Assembly (NCBI GenBank): GCA_011390785.1 | Contig: JAABRR010000006.1 | Coordinates: 95,493 to 159,492, forward strand | Direction of reading: 5' to 3' | Origin: Sphingobacteriia bacterium | GTDB lineage: Bacteria > Bacteroidota > Bacteroidia > Bacteroidales > UBA7960 | DNA length: 64,000 nt | Shown: in pieces, positions 17,799 to 27,131 of the stretch | Numbering within the stretch: position 1 is the first letter of the stretch | Layout of the letters: each line of letters starts with the position of its first letter | The notes under the pieces: generated by a model | The model's input: the letters and a program-made list of their open reading frames with translations, nothing else | What the model was told of the DNA's origin: nothing | Databases searched by the model: none | Made by a program: the position numbers and the translations under genes

Positions 17799-20084
17799 TT
17801 ATTCAAATCTCAATACGGAGTTTATTTTATGCACAACCCCTTTTCTTACCAGGTTGTTGGCATCTTCATGTTCGAGGGTTACAGTCTGCCCGGTATTATC
17901 TGTAAGAACCAGATTTTCAGGTGCATTGCTTATATTTAGCATCCCATACTGTAAGATATTATCATCATCGCGGAAAGAAAAGTGAGTTCTGAACTGCCCT
18001 GATCTTTTTCCGTCATCAAAAACGACACTACCTTCAAGAAAATGATACTTAATAAACTGTTCAATCTTTGCCCGTCCTTCTGTATCTGATGCAGGCGGAT
18101 ATTCTTCCGGAATGATACCCAGTGCGCGTGCTTCTGCCATGGCTTGATTGGTGGGTATAAAGGCGGTCCAATAATCACTTGCCGACAAGAAGTTCAAAAG
18201 GGGAATAACCTGTCTTGTTACCGGATCGCGGAAACGATTATTCAGAAACCTTGCATCAATGAGTAATTGAGCAAATTCTGATACTTCCGGATCAGCCGGC
18301 CCTTCGTCAATGTTGTGGCCGTTACTCAGAAACTGGCCCATTACAAACTTGGAAGCGATCGGAAAGTCAACCTTCACCAGCAAACCGTTCGATTCATTGG
18401 TTACATCGGTTACAGTAGCAGGCATATTATAGGCTTGGTTCTCAGGACCTATAATCTGGTTGTTTGCAAAATAGATAAAGTTACCGGAGCCCATCTCCTG
18501 AAAACCGCCATCACCATTGAGTTCGTCAAGTGCTCTAAGAGAAAACTGGTCCTGGGCAAAATTTACCAGATCGGTATTGCTCATTGGGCTCCAAACTCCA
18601 TCAATTGCCCCTCTTGATTCGATTCGTTGCTGGGTTGTGTTGTAACGCACACCATATTCTTCCAGCTTTTCGTTGGTTGTGGCAAATAAGGTAATGTTTG
18701 ACTGCGGATTGGATAAAGACGACATCATGTTGGCCTGGCTAAGCAGCTGCAACATTGTTGAATAGTTCTTGTCAACAAACAAAATACCCGGTACAGTATT
18801 AAATACTGCAGGTTCGAGAACACGATTGGTTTCGTAAACAACACCGTTGCTGCACATGTAGCTTGAAACAATATCAGTTTCGGGATCAAGATCTATCCTA
18901 TCTCCAAAAGCATTAAAGAAGAACTGTTCCATTTTGGAAGGAAGTCCCAGGGTAGCTGATAATTGGGCCTGAAGAATATAAAACAGGGTAATGGGAGGCA
19001 CACTATCCAACGATTCATAGAAGTTGAGTACTCCATTGTCAAGAAATGATTGAAGTGCCTGATCATTGGGAAGAAAGGCAGTCCACATATTCTGGGCCGG
19101 AATAGCCAAATCGGTATGTGGTCCATACTCATTGGCAAGGTTATAAACCAGATCATATTGTTTCTGGTACATGATTCGGTTTTGCTCATCGGTACGGGGA
19201 GCACCATATCTCGCAAACCTTTGCAGAATATCATAATATAAACCGAATCTGTCCTGGTTGGCAATCATAAATTCTTCGATATTGGGCATAGGAGCAACCA
19301 CCCTGTCGAGGAAGTATATAAATCCATTGGCAGTACGCACTTCCAATTCAACAGGGTCCAGTGGATTGGGAATAACCTGTGCATTATGCCAGTTTGTCCC
19401 TTTACCCTCCAGGTCACCAGAATAGCCCTCTTCCCAGGTACTGCCCGGATACATAAACAAATAATCAGAACCATCTACGTCTCCGCCATAATCATCAAAC
19501 CATTCGGCGGTAAAGAGAGGAATATTTTTATCACCGGTATAAATGATGCGCTCCTGTCCTTGAAAACCAGGTAAATATCTTACTGTTTCCGTATAGGGTA
19601 TTGAAGTGCTCGGGGTTCTTTTGCGGTGATAAAGGGAAGCATATTCTCCGTCGGGTCCTTGCAATTCGTCCCAAACGTATTCATATATAAGTTGAAACCG
19701 ACTTCGGGGATTGCGTAAAACATGAAGAGAAAAAAGCTGAGTTGCTTCCCGTTCAGTCAGATCATCAACTGAGCTTATTCCTGCCGATTGAAAGTATTCA
19801 GTAAAAGCGTTGTCGTCAGGAACGAACAAGGTAAAAAGTTGTTTGGAAATCGGATCAGAATAATTCGCCTTCTCCATTAATTCGAGGAAAATGGTATAAT
19901 TACCTCGCTGTTCAAGTGTTTCAATACTTGATCCACCCAACCACGGTGGAACTTCATACCTTTCCTGATGATCTTCGCATGCGGCTATTACCACTAAACT
20001 TAAAGTAATGAAAGCCAACATGCTGTAGCGGATTTGGTTCAGTAGCAAAGGAATTCTTTTGCGGGCCTGATTGTGTTCTATCAT
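17799..20084 (-). CDS. Multi-FAS1 (fasciclin) domain surface lipoprotein, first gene of the locus
   Basis: 761-aa ORF with a lipobox (LVVIAACEDH). Repeated FAS1 motif pairs include FTLFVPDDNAFTEY/NGFIYFLDRVVAP, WTAFLPNDQALQSF/NGVVYETNRVLEP, ITLFATTNEKLEEY and WTAFIPTNQAMAEA/KGVVHKINSVLRF. An alternative start (MLAFITL) lies at 20021. Confidence 0.8.
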   Translation of the reverse strand: MIEHNQARKRIPLLLNQIRYSMLAFITLSLVVIAACEDHQERYEVPPWLGGSSIETLEQRGNYTIFLELMEKANYSDPISKQLFTLFVPDDNAFTEYFQSAGISSVDDLTEREATQLFSLHVLRNPRSRFQLIYEYVWDELQGPDGEYASLYHRKRTPSTSIPYTETVRYLPGFQGQERIIYTGDKNIPLFTAEWFDDYGGDVDGSDYLFMYPGSTWEEGYSGDLEGKGTNWHNAQVIPNPLDPVELEVRTANGFIYFLDRVVAPMPNIEEFMIANQDRFGLYYDILQRFARYGAPRTDEQNRIMYQKQYDLVYNLANEYGPHTDLAIPAQNMWTAFLPNDQALQSFLDNGVLNFYESLDSVPPITLFYILQAQLSATLGLPSKMEQFFFNAFGDRIDLDPETDIVSSYMCSNGVVYETNRVLEPAVFNTVPGILFVDKNYSTMLQLLSQANMMSSLSNPQSNITLFATTNEKLEEYGVRYNTTQQRIESRGAIDGVWSPMSNTDLVNFAQDQFSLRALDELNGDGGFQEMGSGNFIYFANNQIIGPENQAYNMPATVTDVTNESNGLLVKVDFPIASKFVMGQFLSNGHNIDEGPADPEVSEFAQLLIDARFLNNRFRDPVTRQVIPLLNFLSASDYWTAFIPTNQAMAEARALGIIPEEYPPASDTEGRAKIEQFIKYHFLEGSVVFDDGKRSGQFRTHFSFRDDDNILQYGMLNISNAPENLVLTDNTGQTVTLEHEDANNLVRKGVVHKINSVLRFE

Positions 20085-20204
20085 AATAGTTTGTGCAATG
20101 GGTTGATTAATAGCTGATATTTTGACTTTGATTAGAGATTTCTTAAGGCCCTGTGACCTTAAAAAAGTTTGTTGGTTTGGTAATTAATATATATTTAACA
20201 ATAT

Positions 20205-20235
20205 AGTGTCAATGAAACACTAAGTGTCAAAATTA
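20205..20235 (-). promoter_or_regulatory. Candidate promoter/operator of the FAS1-SusC-SusD operon: direct repeat AGTGTCAA x2 overlapping a TAatTTTG -7 box
   Basis: AGTGTCAA occurs at 20205-20212 and 20223-20230, giving 18-bp periodicity. Plus-strand CAAAATTA at 20228-20235 reads as TAATTTTG on the minus strand (TAnnTTTG consensus). The site lies in the 456-bp AT-rich spacer, about 145 nt upstream of the first ATG. Confidence 0.25.
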
Positions 20236-20540
20236 AATCATTTTAAATAAAAAACAAATTATTTTAAAAAAAAGAAAACAATACCAAACGTTTAAAAACA
20301 GATATAGATACATATGAATCTATATATGAGAAACTTAAAAAATTTATTAATAAATAAAATGGCAATAAATTTAACGTATTTAAAAATAAATTATGGTAAA
20401 TGTTAAAAATATATGTTTTCCTAAAAACTTAATCAGGTATAATTAATATACACATTATCAAATATTAATCAATATATCTATATGTTTTGAAAAGTAACAA
20501 TAATAAAAGTGACATTATTACACTAAATCAGAATAAAATA

Positions 20541-21275
20541 TCATGTTACAAAATTATACTTTCGTTTTTTGGTTTTTTTGTAAACATCCCAGCTAAAAAT
20601 GTAATATTGGGCAGGTTTGTGATTTACATTTTTTTGTTTATCATTGATGGGTATCAGATACTTCATTTGGGTAACTTTTTTGCGAAAATTTCTCTTATCC
20701 AGTTTAACACCTAAAACTACTTCATAAAGAGTTTGCATTTGGTGGAGTGTAAATTTTTCGGGGAGCAATTCAAATCCGATGGGTTTTCTTCTGAATATAC
20801 TACGAAGAGTTCTCAAAGCTTTCTGGAGAACAAGTTCATGATCGAATGCTAATAGGGGTAGATCATTGATTGAGAACCAACTTGTATCAGGGTGTTCAGC
20901 ATCAGGCTTTACCTTGTTACTATCCACCAGAGACAGATAACCCACAGTAATTACGTGATCGCTAACGTGAGGGAATACGTGTTTTCGCCAAAGCTTATCA
21001 CGGTCACTGCCCAATCGGTCCAAGCTGCCAAATGCTTTAAACTGCTCCAGAAATATATTTTCCAAACCGGTTTTGTCTTTAAGTACCCTTTTTGCAGCTT
21101 CTTCAAGACTTTCTCCATAATAAATATGATGCCCCTGAAGGGTATAATCACTGAAAATTAATTTTTTGGTAACCGGATCATGACAATCACGACGGGTGAG
21201 CATAACTTTAAGCTCATTGTTATCAAAGCCAAAAATTATACAATCCACTGAAACATTATCAATTAATTTTTTCAT
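20541..21275 (-). CDS. NrtR-family transcriptional regulator (degenerate Nudix domain + winged helix)
   Basis: 244-aa ORF. The Nudix box is degenerate (GESLEEAAKRVLKDKTGL, with RVLKDK in place of canonical REUxEE). The C-terminal segment is typical of NrtR-type wHTH (FTLHQMQTLYEVVLGVKLDKRNFRKKV). Confidence 0.6.
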   Translation of the reverse strand: MKKLIDNVSVDCIIFGFDNNELKVMLTRRDCHDPVTKKLIFSDYTLQGHHIYYGESLEEAAKRVLKDKTGLENIFLEQFKAFGSLDRLGSDRDKLWRKHVFPHVSDHVITVGYLSLVDSNKVKPDAEHPDTSWFSINDLPLLAFDHELVLQKALRTLRSIFRRKPIGFELLPEKFTLHQMQTLYEVVLGVKLDKRNFRKKVTQMKYLIPINDKQKNVNHKPAQYYIFSWDVYKKTKKRKYNFVT

Positions 21276-21720
21276 ATCTCAATTATTGAATAATAATTAT
21301 CTTGTAAAATAACTGAACTTTAACACATTGAAGAAATTTTGGAGAGAATTCTGCAGGCAAATAATATATTTAATGAGCAAAGATAATCATCAATTCGTTT
21401 TATGCTATCATTTTATTATATAAAATATCTGATGAAGTAAAACCTATAGAATAGTTTTTAGTCTATCATAAACTTACTGGAATACCTGGCTGCATTGGCA
21501 TTCTTTAAGCCTAAAGAAATGGAAGAAAATAATGTCCAAAAACGAACACCAGGCATCCATTCCCGGACAATTTTCATTCAATTTAAAAATAAGGGATTAT
21601 TTACATTTTCATATGCATCTAATAATCAATTTTTTATATTGTTTGGCACATAATTAGATAGTATTAGAATCAAATAAACCAATTAAATAAAAAAGTTTAA
21701 CCTATAAATCCCTTTTTAAG

Positions 21721-21996
21721 ATGAAAACAAGAATGATAACTTTCGCATCTCTCTTAATTTTAAGTGTAACCGTTGCAACAGCAGCCAATTTTAAAACCCT
21801 GAAAATGTCTGATCATTTAGGCCGTAGTATGGATATTCTCATAAAAGTAGAAAATATTAAGGAATCCTTTGATTTTGACACCCGCAAAATCTTTAAAGAA
21901 GAAACCTGCAAAAATTCGATTGAGACTTTGGATATCAGGCCTTTTATCAAACCAGAAATGGAAGTGGAAGAAAATCTTCCAGTTTACAAAAAATAA
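21721..21996 (+). CDS. Small secreted hypothetical protein
   Basis: 91-aa ORF with a signal peptide (MKTRMITFASLLILSVTVATAA). A strong terminator follows. No recognisable family. Confidence 0.45.
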   Translation: MKTRMITFASLLILSVTVATAANFKTLKMSDHLGRSMDILIKVENIKESFDFDTRKIFKEETCKNSIETLDIRPFIKPEMEVEENLPVYKK

Positions 21997-22049
21997 TCGT
22001 CGATAAATTTTCCGATTACGTTCATTCTCTTCATAGTGTTTTTGTTTTG

Positions 22050-22083
22050 AAACCGGATTTTGCTCAAAATCCGGTTTTTTTTA
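22050..22083 (+). terminator. Rho-independent terminator
   Basis: 12-bp stem AAACCGGATTTT (22050-22061) / AAAATCCGGTTT (22066-22077) with loop GCTC, followed by a T-run. Confidence 0.75.
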
Positions 22084-23226
22084 TCAAATAAATAAGTCTG
22101 CAGCAATCCCATCTGCCAGAAACTTCCCCTTTTCAGTAATTATCAAATGAGTACCTGAGTCTGCTATTGTTCCGCTTTGCAAATGCTTTTTGGCCTGTCG
22201 CATCATATTTTCATAATATTTTCCCCCAAAAATTGCAGCAACTTTATCTTTCTCTGCCCCCCACATAGTTCTCAGGCTGGTCATAATATATTCATTATAC
22301 TGCTGATCGGGCGATAAAATCTCACTTTCTGATGGAATCCGGTCTTCTTTCAAAGAAAGAATATATTTTTGTGTATGTGCCACATTCCATTGTCGTGTGC
22401 CAGGAATATAGCTATGTGCAGAAGGACCCAGGCCAAGATAGGGCTCACCCGACCAGTAACTCAAATTATGTTTAGAATAAAATCCGGGTTTTCCAAAATT
22501 CGAAAATTCATAATGATCATAACCATATCTGGATGCAATATCACGTAAAATATCAAATTGCCTGACCGATTGTTCCTCTTCCACGGGAGCTGCTTTTCCC
22601 TGTCTGATAAAAACATCCAGGGCAGTTTTTTTCTCAACGGTAAGACTGTAAGCCGAAATGTGCGGTATGCCTGTATTAGCAAGTTCCATTATGTTCTCCT
22701 GCCATTGGCTGTCGCTCATTCCGGGGGTTCCGTAAATAAGATCGGCGGTAATATTCTGAAATCCTTCCTTTAAAGCTATCGCAAGCACATTTTTTGCCTG
22801 CTGTGAAGTGTGCGAACGATTCATATACCGAAGATCTGCTTCATGAAAGCTTTGTATGCCAATGCTTAAACGGTTTACTCCGATGTCCTTTATCACCTGT
22901 AATTTATCCAGGGTAAGGTCATCGGGATTGCCTTCCAGTGTAATTTCTGCCCCTTCCTTCAAAAGAAAATATTGCCTGATGGTGTCCATAATTGCCCGAA
23001 GCTCATCTCTGCTGAGCAATGACGGTGTACCACCCCCTAAATATAAGGTATCAATAAACGGTGATGGCTCCCCTGGTTTTGCGAAAAAAAAATTCTTTTG
23101 CAGTTCAATCTCTTTGAGTAGCGCTATCAAAAATCCATCTCTGTGCTTTTGCGACACAGAAAAATGGAAGTTACAGTAATGGCACGCCTGCCTGCAAAAT
23201 GGAATATGAATGTAAATGCCAGCCAA
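22084..23226 (-). CDS. hemW: Radical SAM family heme chaperone HemW (HemN-like)
   Basis: 380-aa ORF. N-terminal MAGIYIHIPFCRQACHYCNFHF contains the CxxxCxxC radical-SAM cluster motif. Length and layout are typical of HemW. Confidence 0.85.
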   Translation of the reverse strand: MAGIYIHIPFCRQACHYCNFHFSVSQKHRDGFLIALLKEIELQKNFFFAKPGEPSPFIDTLYLGGGTPSLLSRDELRAIMDTIRQYFLLKEGAEITLEGNPDDLTLDKLQVIKDIGVNRLSIGIQSFHEADLRYMNRSHTSQQAKNVLAIALKEGFQNITADLIYGTPGMSDSQWQENIMELANTGIPHISAYSLTVEKKTALDVFIRQGKAAPVEEEQSVRQFDILRDIASRYGYDHYEFSNFGKPGFYSKHNLSYWSGEPYLGLGPSAHSYIPGTRQWNVAHTQKYILSLKEDRIPSESEILSPDQQYNEYIMTSLRTMWGAEKDKVAAIFGGKYYENMMRQAKKHLQSGTIADSGTHLIITEKGKFLADGIAADLFI

Positions 23227-23533
23227 GGATTATGGTTTTTTGGTTTTTCAGTTTGTGTCTAAACTTCAATTCTTTTGAAACTGACGATAAAAAAAAGTTT
23301 GGCAAATTTACTTACTTCTATGATGTGGTATAAAAAAACTCTAATTGCAATGAATTTATTTGTATTGTATTGGGAGTATAGGATTGTTTGATGATTTCTC
23401 CATTATAAGTGGAATGTTCTTTTGTCGTTCCATCTGAAAATTTTAAAATAATAATATGATTGGCAACATCGTTCCATTTTGGGTACACGGCTAACTCTAA
23501 CCTAAATATTGTTACTCACTTTTGAGTAAAAGC

Positions 23534-23563
23534 AAAAAAACCGGAATAATATCCCGGTTTTTT
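23534..23563 (-). terminator. Terminator hairpin directly after the helicase stop codon
   Basis: AAAAAAACCGG (23534-23544) / CCGGTTTTTT (23554-23563) around a 9-nt loop. A/T runs on both sides make it bidirectional-capable. Confidence 0.6.
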
Positions 23564-23570
23564 ATTCATT

Positions 23571-24887
23571 TTAAGCAACTTCTTTTCTATATGATCGCTT
23601 TCGATTTCCCGAATTCTGGTTATCATTATTATTTTTGAATCCTTTTGACCGGGAAGAGCCATTTCTATTATTCCCTTTCTGCGCATTTCTACCATTGCGA
23701 TGGCGCTCATCTGATCTTTGCTGTGGTGCCTTCTTTTCAATAGTATGAATCATAAGCGGATAACTGTGGTCTTCTACCTCGACAACCTTTTTACCTATTA
23801 ATTTCTGAATATCTTTTAGGTATTCCTTTTCTTCGGTATCGCAAAAGGCAATAGCCTTGCCATTTGCTCCTGCCCTACCCGTTCTTCCTATACGGTGAAC
23901 ATAGGATTCTGGAATGTTTGGCAATTCATAATTTACTACATGAGATAGATCATCGATATCAATACCACGGGCTGCAATATCGGTGGCCACCAACACTCGT
24001 GTTTTTGAGTCCTTAAAGGCTGCCAATGCTGCCTGACGGGCATTCTGCGATTTATTGCCATGTATAGCCTGAGACCGGATTCCTGCTTTGGTAAGATCGC
24101 GTGCTACGCGATCGGCGCCGTGTTTGGTACGGGTAAACACCAATGCCCGGTCAATATTTTCTCCCTGCAACAGATCCTTGAGCAGATGGATTTTGTTTTT
24201 CTTATCTACAAAATATACAAACTGCTGTATAATATCTACGGTGGTTGCTGATGGAGTTACCTCAATTTTTACCGGGTTCACCAGGATGGTGTTGGCCAGT
24301 TCAACTATGTCGCGGGGCATTGTAGCTGAGAAAAAGAGCGACTGTCGTTTTGTTGGCAGCTGGGCAATTATTCTTTTTACATCTTTCAGAAAGCCCATAT
24401 CGAGCATTCGGTCGGCTTCGTCAAGAACAAAATATTCTATGTTCTTAAGGTTTACATAACCCTGCTGCATCAGATCGAGCAAACGGCCCGGAGTGGCAAC
24501 TAAAATATCAACACCGGATTTTAGTTTCTCTACCTGGCTATGCTGGTTTACACCACCAAAAACAACATTGTATTTAAGTCGTGTATTTTTCCCGTAATTG
24601 GCAAAGCTTTCTTCAATCTGAAGAGCCAGTTCGCGTGTAGGGGTGAGAATAAGGCTTTTAATTACCCTTCTTCCCTTTACTATCTGGGCACTTTCGTGCA
24701 TCAGCTGCAGCATGGGGATAGCAAAAGCTGCTGTTTTTCCTGTCCCGGTTTGGGCACAACCCAATACATCTTTTCTGTTTAAAATGTGCGGAATAGCTCT
24801 TGCCTGTATCGGCGTGGGAATTGTGTAACCTTCTGTTTTTAAAGCCTGAAGGACTGGCTCAATCAAATTTAAATCATTAAATGTCAT
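23571..24887 (-). CDS. rhlE: DEAD-box ATP-dependent RNA helicase (RhlE-like) with basic C-terminal tail
   Basis: 438-aa ORF with motif I AQTGTGKTAAF, Ib PTRELA, II VLDEADRMLD, III SAT and VI HRIGRTGRAG. The C-terminus is Arg/Asn/Gly-rich. Confidence 0.9.
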   Translation of the reverse strand: MTFNDLNLIEPVLQALKTEGYTIPTPIQARAIPHILNRKDVLGCAQTGTGKTAAFAIPMLQLMHESAQIVKGRRVIKSLILTPTRELALQIEESFANYGKNTRLKYNVVFGGVNQHSQVEKLKSGVDILVATPGRLLDLMQQGYVNLKNIEYFVLDEADRMLDMGFLKDVKRIIAQLPTKRQSLFFSATMPRDIVELANTILVNPVKIEVTPSATTVDIIQQFVYFVDKKNKIHLLKDLLQGENIDRALVFTRTKHGADRVARDLTKAGIRSQAIHGNKSQNARQAALAAFKDSKTRVLVATDIAARGIDIDDLSHVVNYELPNIPESYVHRIGRTGRAGANGKAIAFCDTEEKEYLKDIQKLIGKKVVEVEDHSYPLMIHTIEKKAPQQRSDERHRNGRNAQKGNNRNGSSRSKGFKNNNDNQNSGNRKRSYRKEVA

Positions 24888-25210
24888 GCCTGATAATATA
24901 TATTGTATAGGGACCGGCGTATTAACTTACGAAAAATCCAGCTCACCGGTCTGTTAAAGTGAAGGAGTTTTCCTGTTGTAAAGAGTCCTGAAAAATATGA
25001 AAGTGTCATTGTGGTTAATCAGCGGCACAGAAAAAGTGCCCTAAGCCATGCTCCGGGTGAATGCTTCGCCACAAAAGAGAAAGGGGGGATAACCAAATAG
25101 ATGAGCAATTTTATATGAATTTGTCATTAAGACAAAATAAAGATTCTTTAACAATGCGGCAAAGGTACTAAAATAAAGAGTGCAGATTACAAATAGCATT
25201 TGTGCGCCTT

Positions 25211-25852
25211 TTACAATTTCCTTATCATTGTTAGTCCGTCACGAATTGGAAGCAAAATATTTTCTACCTTCGGGTCTTGCTGTATAGATTCATTAAATTT
25301 TATAAGTGCATGGGCTTCAGCATCTTTTCCGGCACTCTCGGGCGAAAAGACCTTACCATCCCACAACACGTTATCGGCCAGTATGATACCTCCCACCCTA
25401 GTTTTTTCTAATGCATGATCATAGTATATTTGGTAATTTTCTTTATCGGCATCGATAAAAACCAGATCAAAAGGCCCTTCCAGCAAGGGAAGAATATCCA
25501 GGGCTTCGCCAATATGGTAAACAATTTGATTTTCCACACCCGCTTCTTTAAAAAAACTCCGGGTAAAATCTTCCAGTTCAGGGTTATGGTCAATGGTATG
25601 CAAAATACCATCCGGAGCCAATCCTGATGCCATACAAAGGGCAGAATAACCTGTATAAGTTCCAATTTCAAGTATTTTCTTTGGTTGAAGCATATGGCTG
25701 ATCATTTCTAGCAGCTTGCCCTGAAAATGACCCGATAACATGCGCGGACGCAGGATTTTGGCGTGGGTTTCGCGATTTAATTTCTTTAATACAGCACTCT
25801 CAGGGCTGGTGTGTTTCAGGGCGTAGTTTTCTGCTTGCGGATCTGTAATCAT
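25211..25852 (-). CDS. Class I SAM-dependent O-methyltransferase (caffeoyl-CoA O-MT-like family)
   Basis: 213-aa ORF with the SAM-binding motif ILEIGTYTGYSALCMA and the metal/substrate motif FDLVFIDADKENY. Confidence 0.8.
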   Translation of the reverse strand: MITDPQAENYALKHTSPESAVLKKLNRETHAKILRPRMLSGHFQGKLLEMISHMLQPKKILEIGTYTGYSALCMASGLAPDGILHTIDHNPELEDFTRSFFKEAGVENQIVYHIGEALDILPLLEGPFDLVFIDADKENYQIYYDHALEKTRVGGIILADNVLWDGKVFSPESAGKDAEAHALIKFNESIQQDPKVENILLPIRDGLTMIRKL

Positions 25853-25865
25853 AATAAGACTGATT

Positions 25866-27092
25866 TTATCGGGGCTGGAACATTAGCATGCTCAACCTGT
25901 TTTGATCAAATACTTCATTGGCCACTTCTTGTAACTCAAGGGCTGATAAGTTTTGAATTTTATCATTGATCTCTTCAAGAGTATCGATTCTGTCATACAT
26001 TAACAAACTTTTTCCAATAGACAACATTTCATTTAAATTTGACTCAAAGGAAATAGCTACCTGCCCCTGCAATTGCTGTTTAGCACGTTTTAATTGAAGG
26101 CTTCCCAGTGGTTTTTCGCGCAACAAAGTAAGTTCCCGTTTTACCAGGTTAAGAGTTTTATCAATATGTTCGCTATCAGTGCCCATGTAAATAGAAAAGA
26201 TACCTGTATCGGAATAGGGCTGGTAATGGCTTTCCAGATTGTAACAAAATCCGTACTTCTCTCTAACTCCCATGTTGAGTCGTGAATTAAGCCCCGGGCC
26301 ACCCAGAATATTATTAAGCAGAACCATGGCCGTTTTTTTCGGATGGTCAGCATGATAGGCCGTATTGCCAACCATGCAATGTACCTGATGATTACGCCTT
26401 TTTACAAATTTTTGCGATGGAAGATACTCCACAAAAGGTTTGCGGGGATTAGGGCGCAACCCGGCCGGCCAATGTCCAAAGTATCTTTCAACCAGCTTAA
26501 CCAGTCTGGCAAAGTCAATTTTTCCAACCGATGATATCACCATTTCAGATGGCAAATAATTACGGGTAATAAAGCTATTGATGTGTTTTTTGCCAAATTT
26601 GCGCAGGTGGGCAGGGGTACCTAAAATATTATTTCCCAGTGGATGGCCATGAAAGATAATATCATCGAAATCGTCAAAAATCTGTTCGCCGGGATTGTCT
26701 TTGTAAGAATTGATCTCGTCAATTACTACATCCTTCTCCTTTTCTATTTCCTTATCGGGAAAAACAGATGAGAAAACAATGTCAGAAATCAAATCCAGGC
26801 AACGGCCATAATGCATGTTCATAAAGGAAGCATAAATGCAGGTATCTTCCTTACTGGTATAGGCATTGATCTCACCTCCCACATTTTCCATGTGGCTCAG
26901 AATCTGATAGGCTCTCCTTTTCGATGTTCCCTTAAAAACAAGATGCTCAATAAAATGGGCAAGACCTTGCTCTTTTGGGGTTTCATCTCTCGATCCGGCA
27001 TTTATGGTTAAACCGCAATGGGCTACAACGCCAGATGCATGCTTATGTACCAACCTCAGACCATTGGATAAGGTGTGAAAATAATATTGCAT
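25866..27092 (-). CDS. M16 (insulinase/pitrilysin) family zinc peptidase
   Basis: 408-aa ORF with the inverted zinc motif HxxEH in HFIEHLVFKGT near the N-terminus. Confidence 0.85.
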   Translation of the reverse strand: MQYYFHTLSNGLRLVHKHASGVVAHCGLTINAGSRDETPKEQGLAHFIEHLVFKGTSKRRAYQILSHMENVGGEINAYTSKEDTCIYASFMNMHYGRCLDLISDIVFSSVFPDKEIEKEKDVVIDEINSYKDNPGEQIFDDFDDIIFHGHPLGNNILGTPAHLRKFGKKHINSFITRNYLPSEMVISSVGKIDFARLVKLVERYFGHWPAGLRPNPRKPFVEYLPSQKFVKRRNHQVHCMVGNTAYHADHPKKTAMVLLNNILGGPGLNSRLNMGVREKYGFCYNLESHYQPYSDTGIFSIYMGTDSEHIDKTLNLVKRELTLLREKPLGSLQLKRAKQQLQGQVAISFESNLNEMLSIGKSLLMYDRIDTLEEINDKIQNLSALELQEVANEVFDQNRLSMLMFQPR

Positions 27093-27131
27093 ATTCCTGT
27101 TTTCAGTGGGGGATGCTTTTCGTGGTAAAAA

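Noticed and set aside
20085-20540. The very AT-rich 456-bp stretch was examined as a possible CRISPR leader/array, IS remnant or replication-related repeat region
   Set aside because: No spaced direct repeats of CRISPR size were found. There are no terminal inverted repeats and no adjacent transposase, integrase or cas genes. Only one short 8-bp direct repeat was found, so it is interpreted as a promoter/operator region.
23516-23740. 74-aa minus-strand ORF overlapping the 3-prime end of the helicase gene and its terminator
   Set aside because: It is out of frame with the helicase basic tail and runs through the terminator hairpin (23534-23563). There is no independent support.
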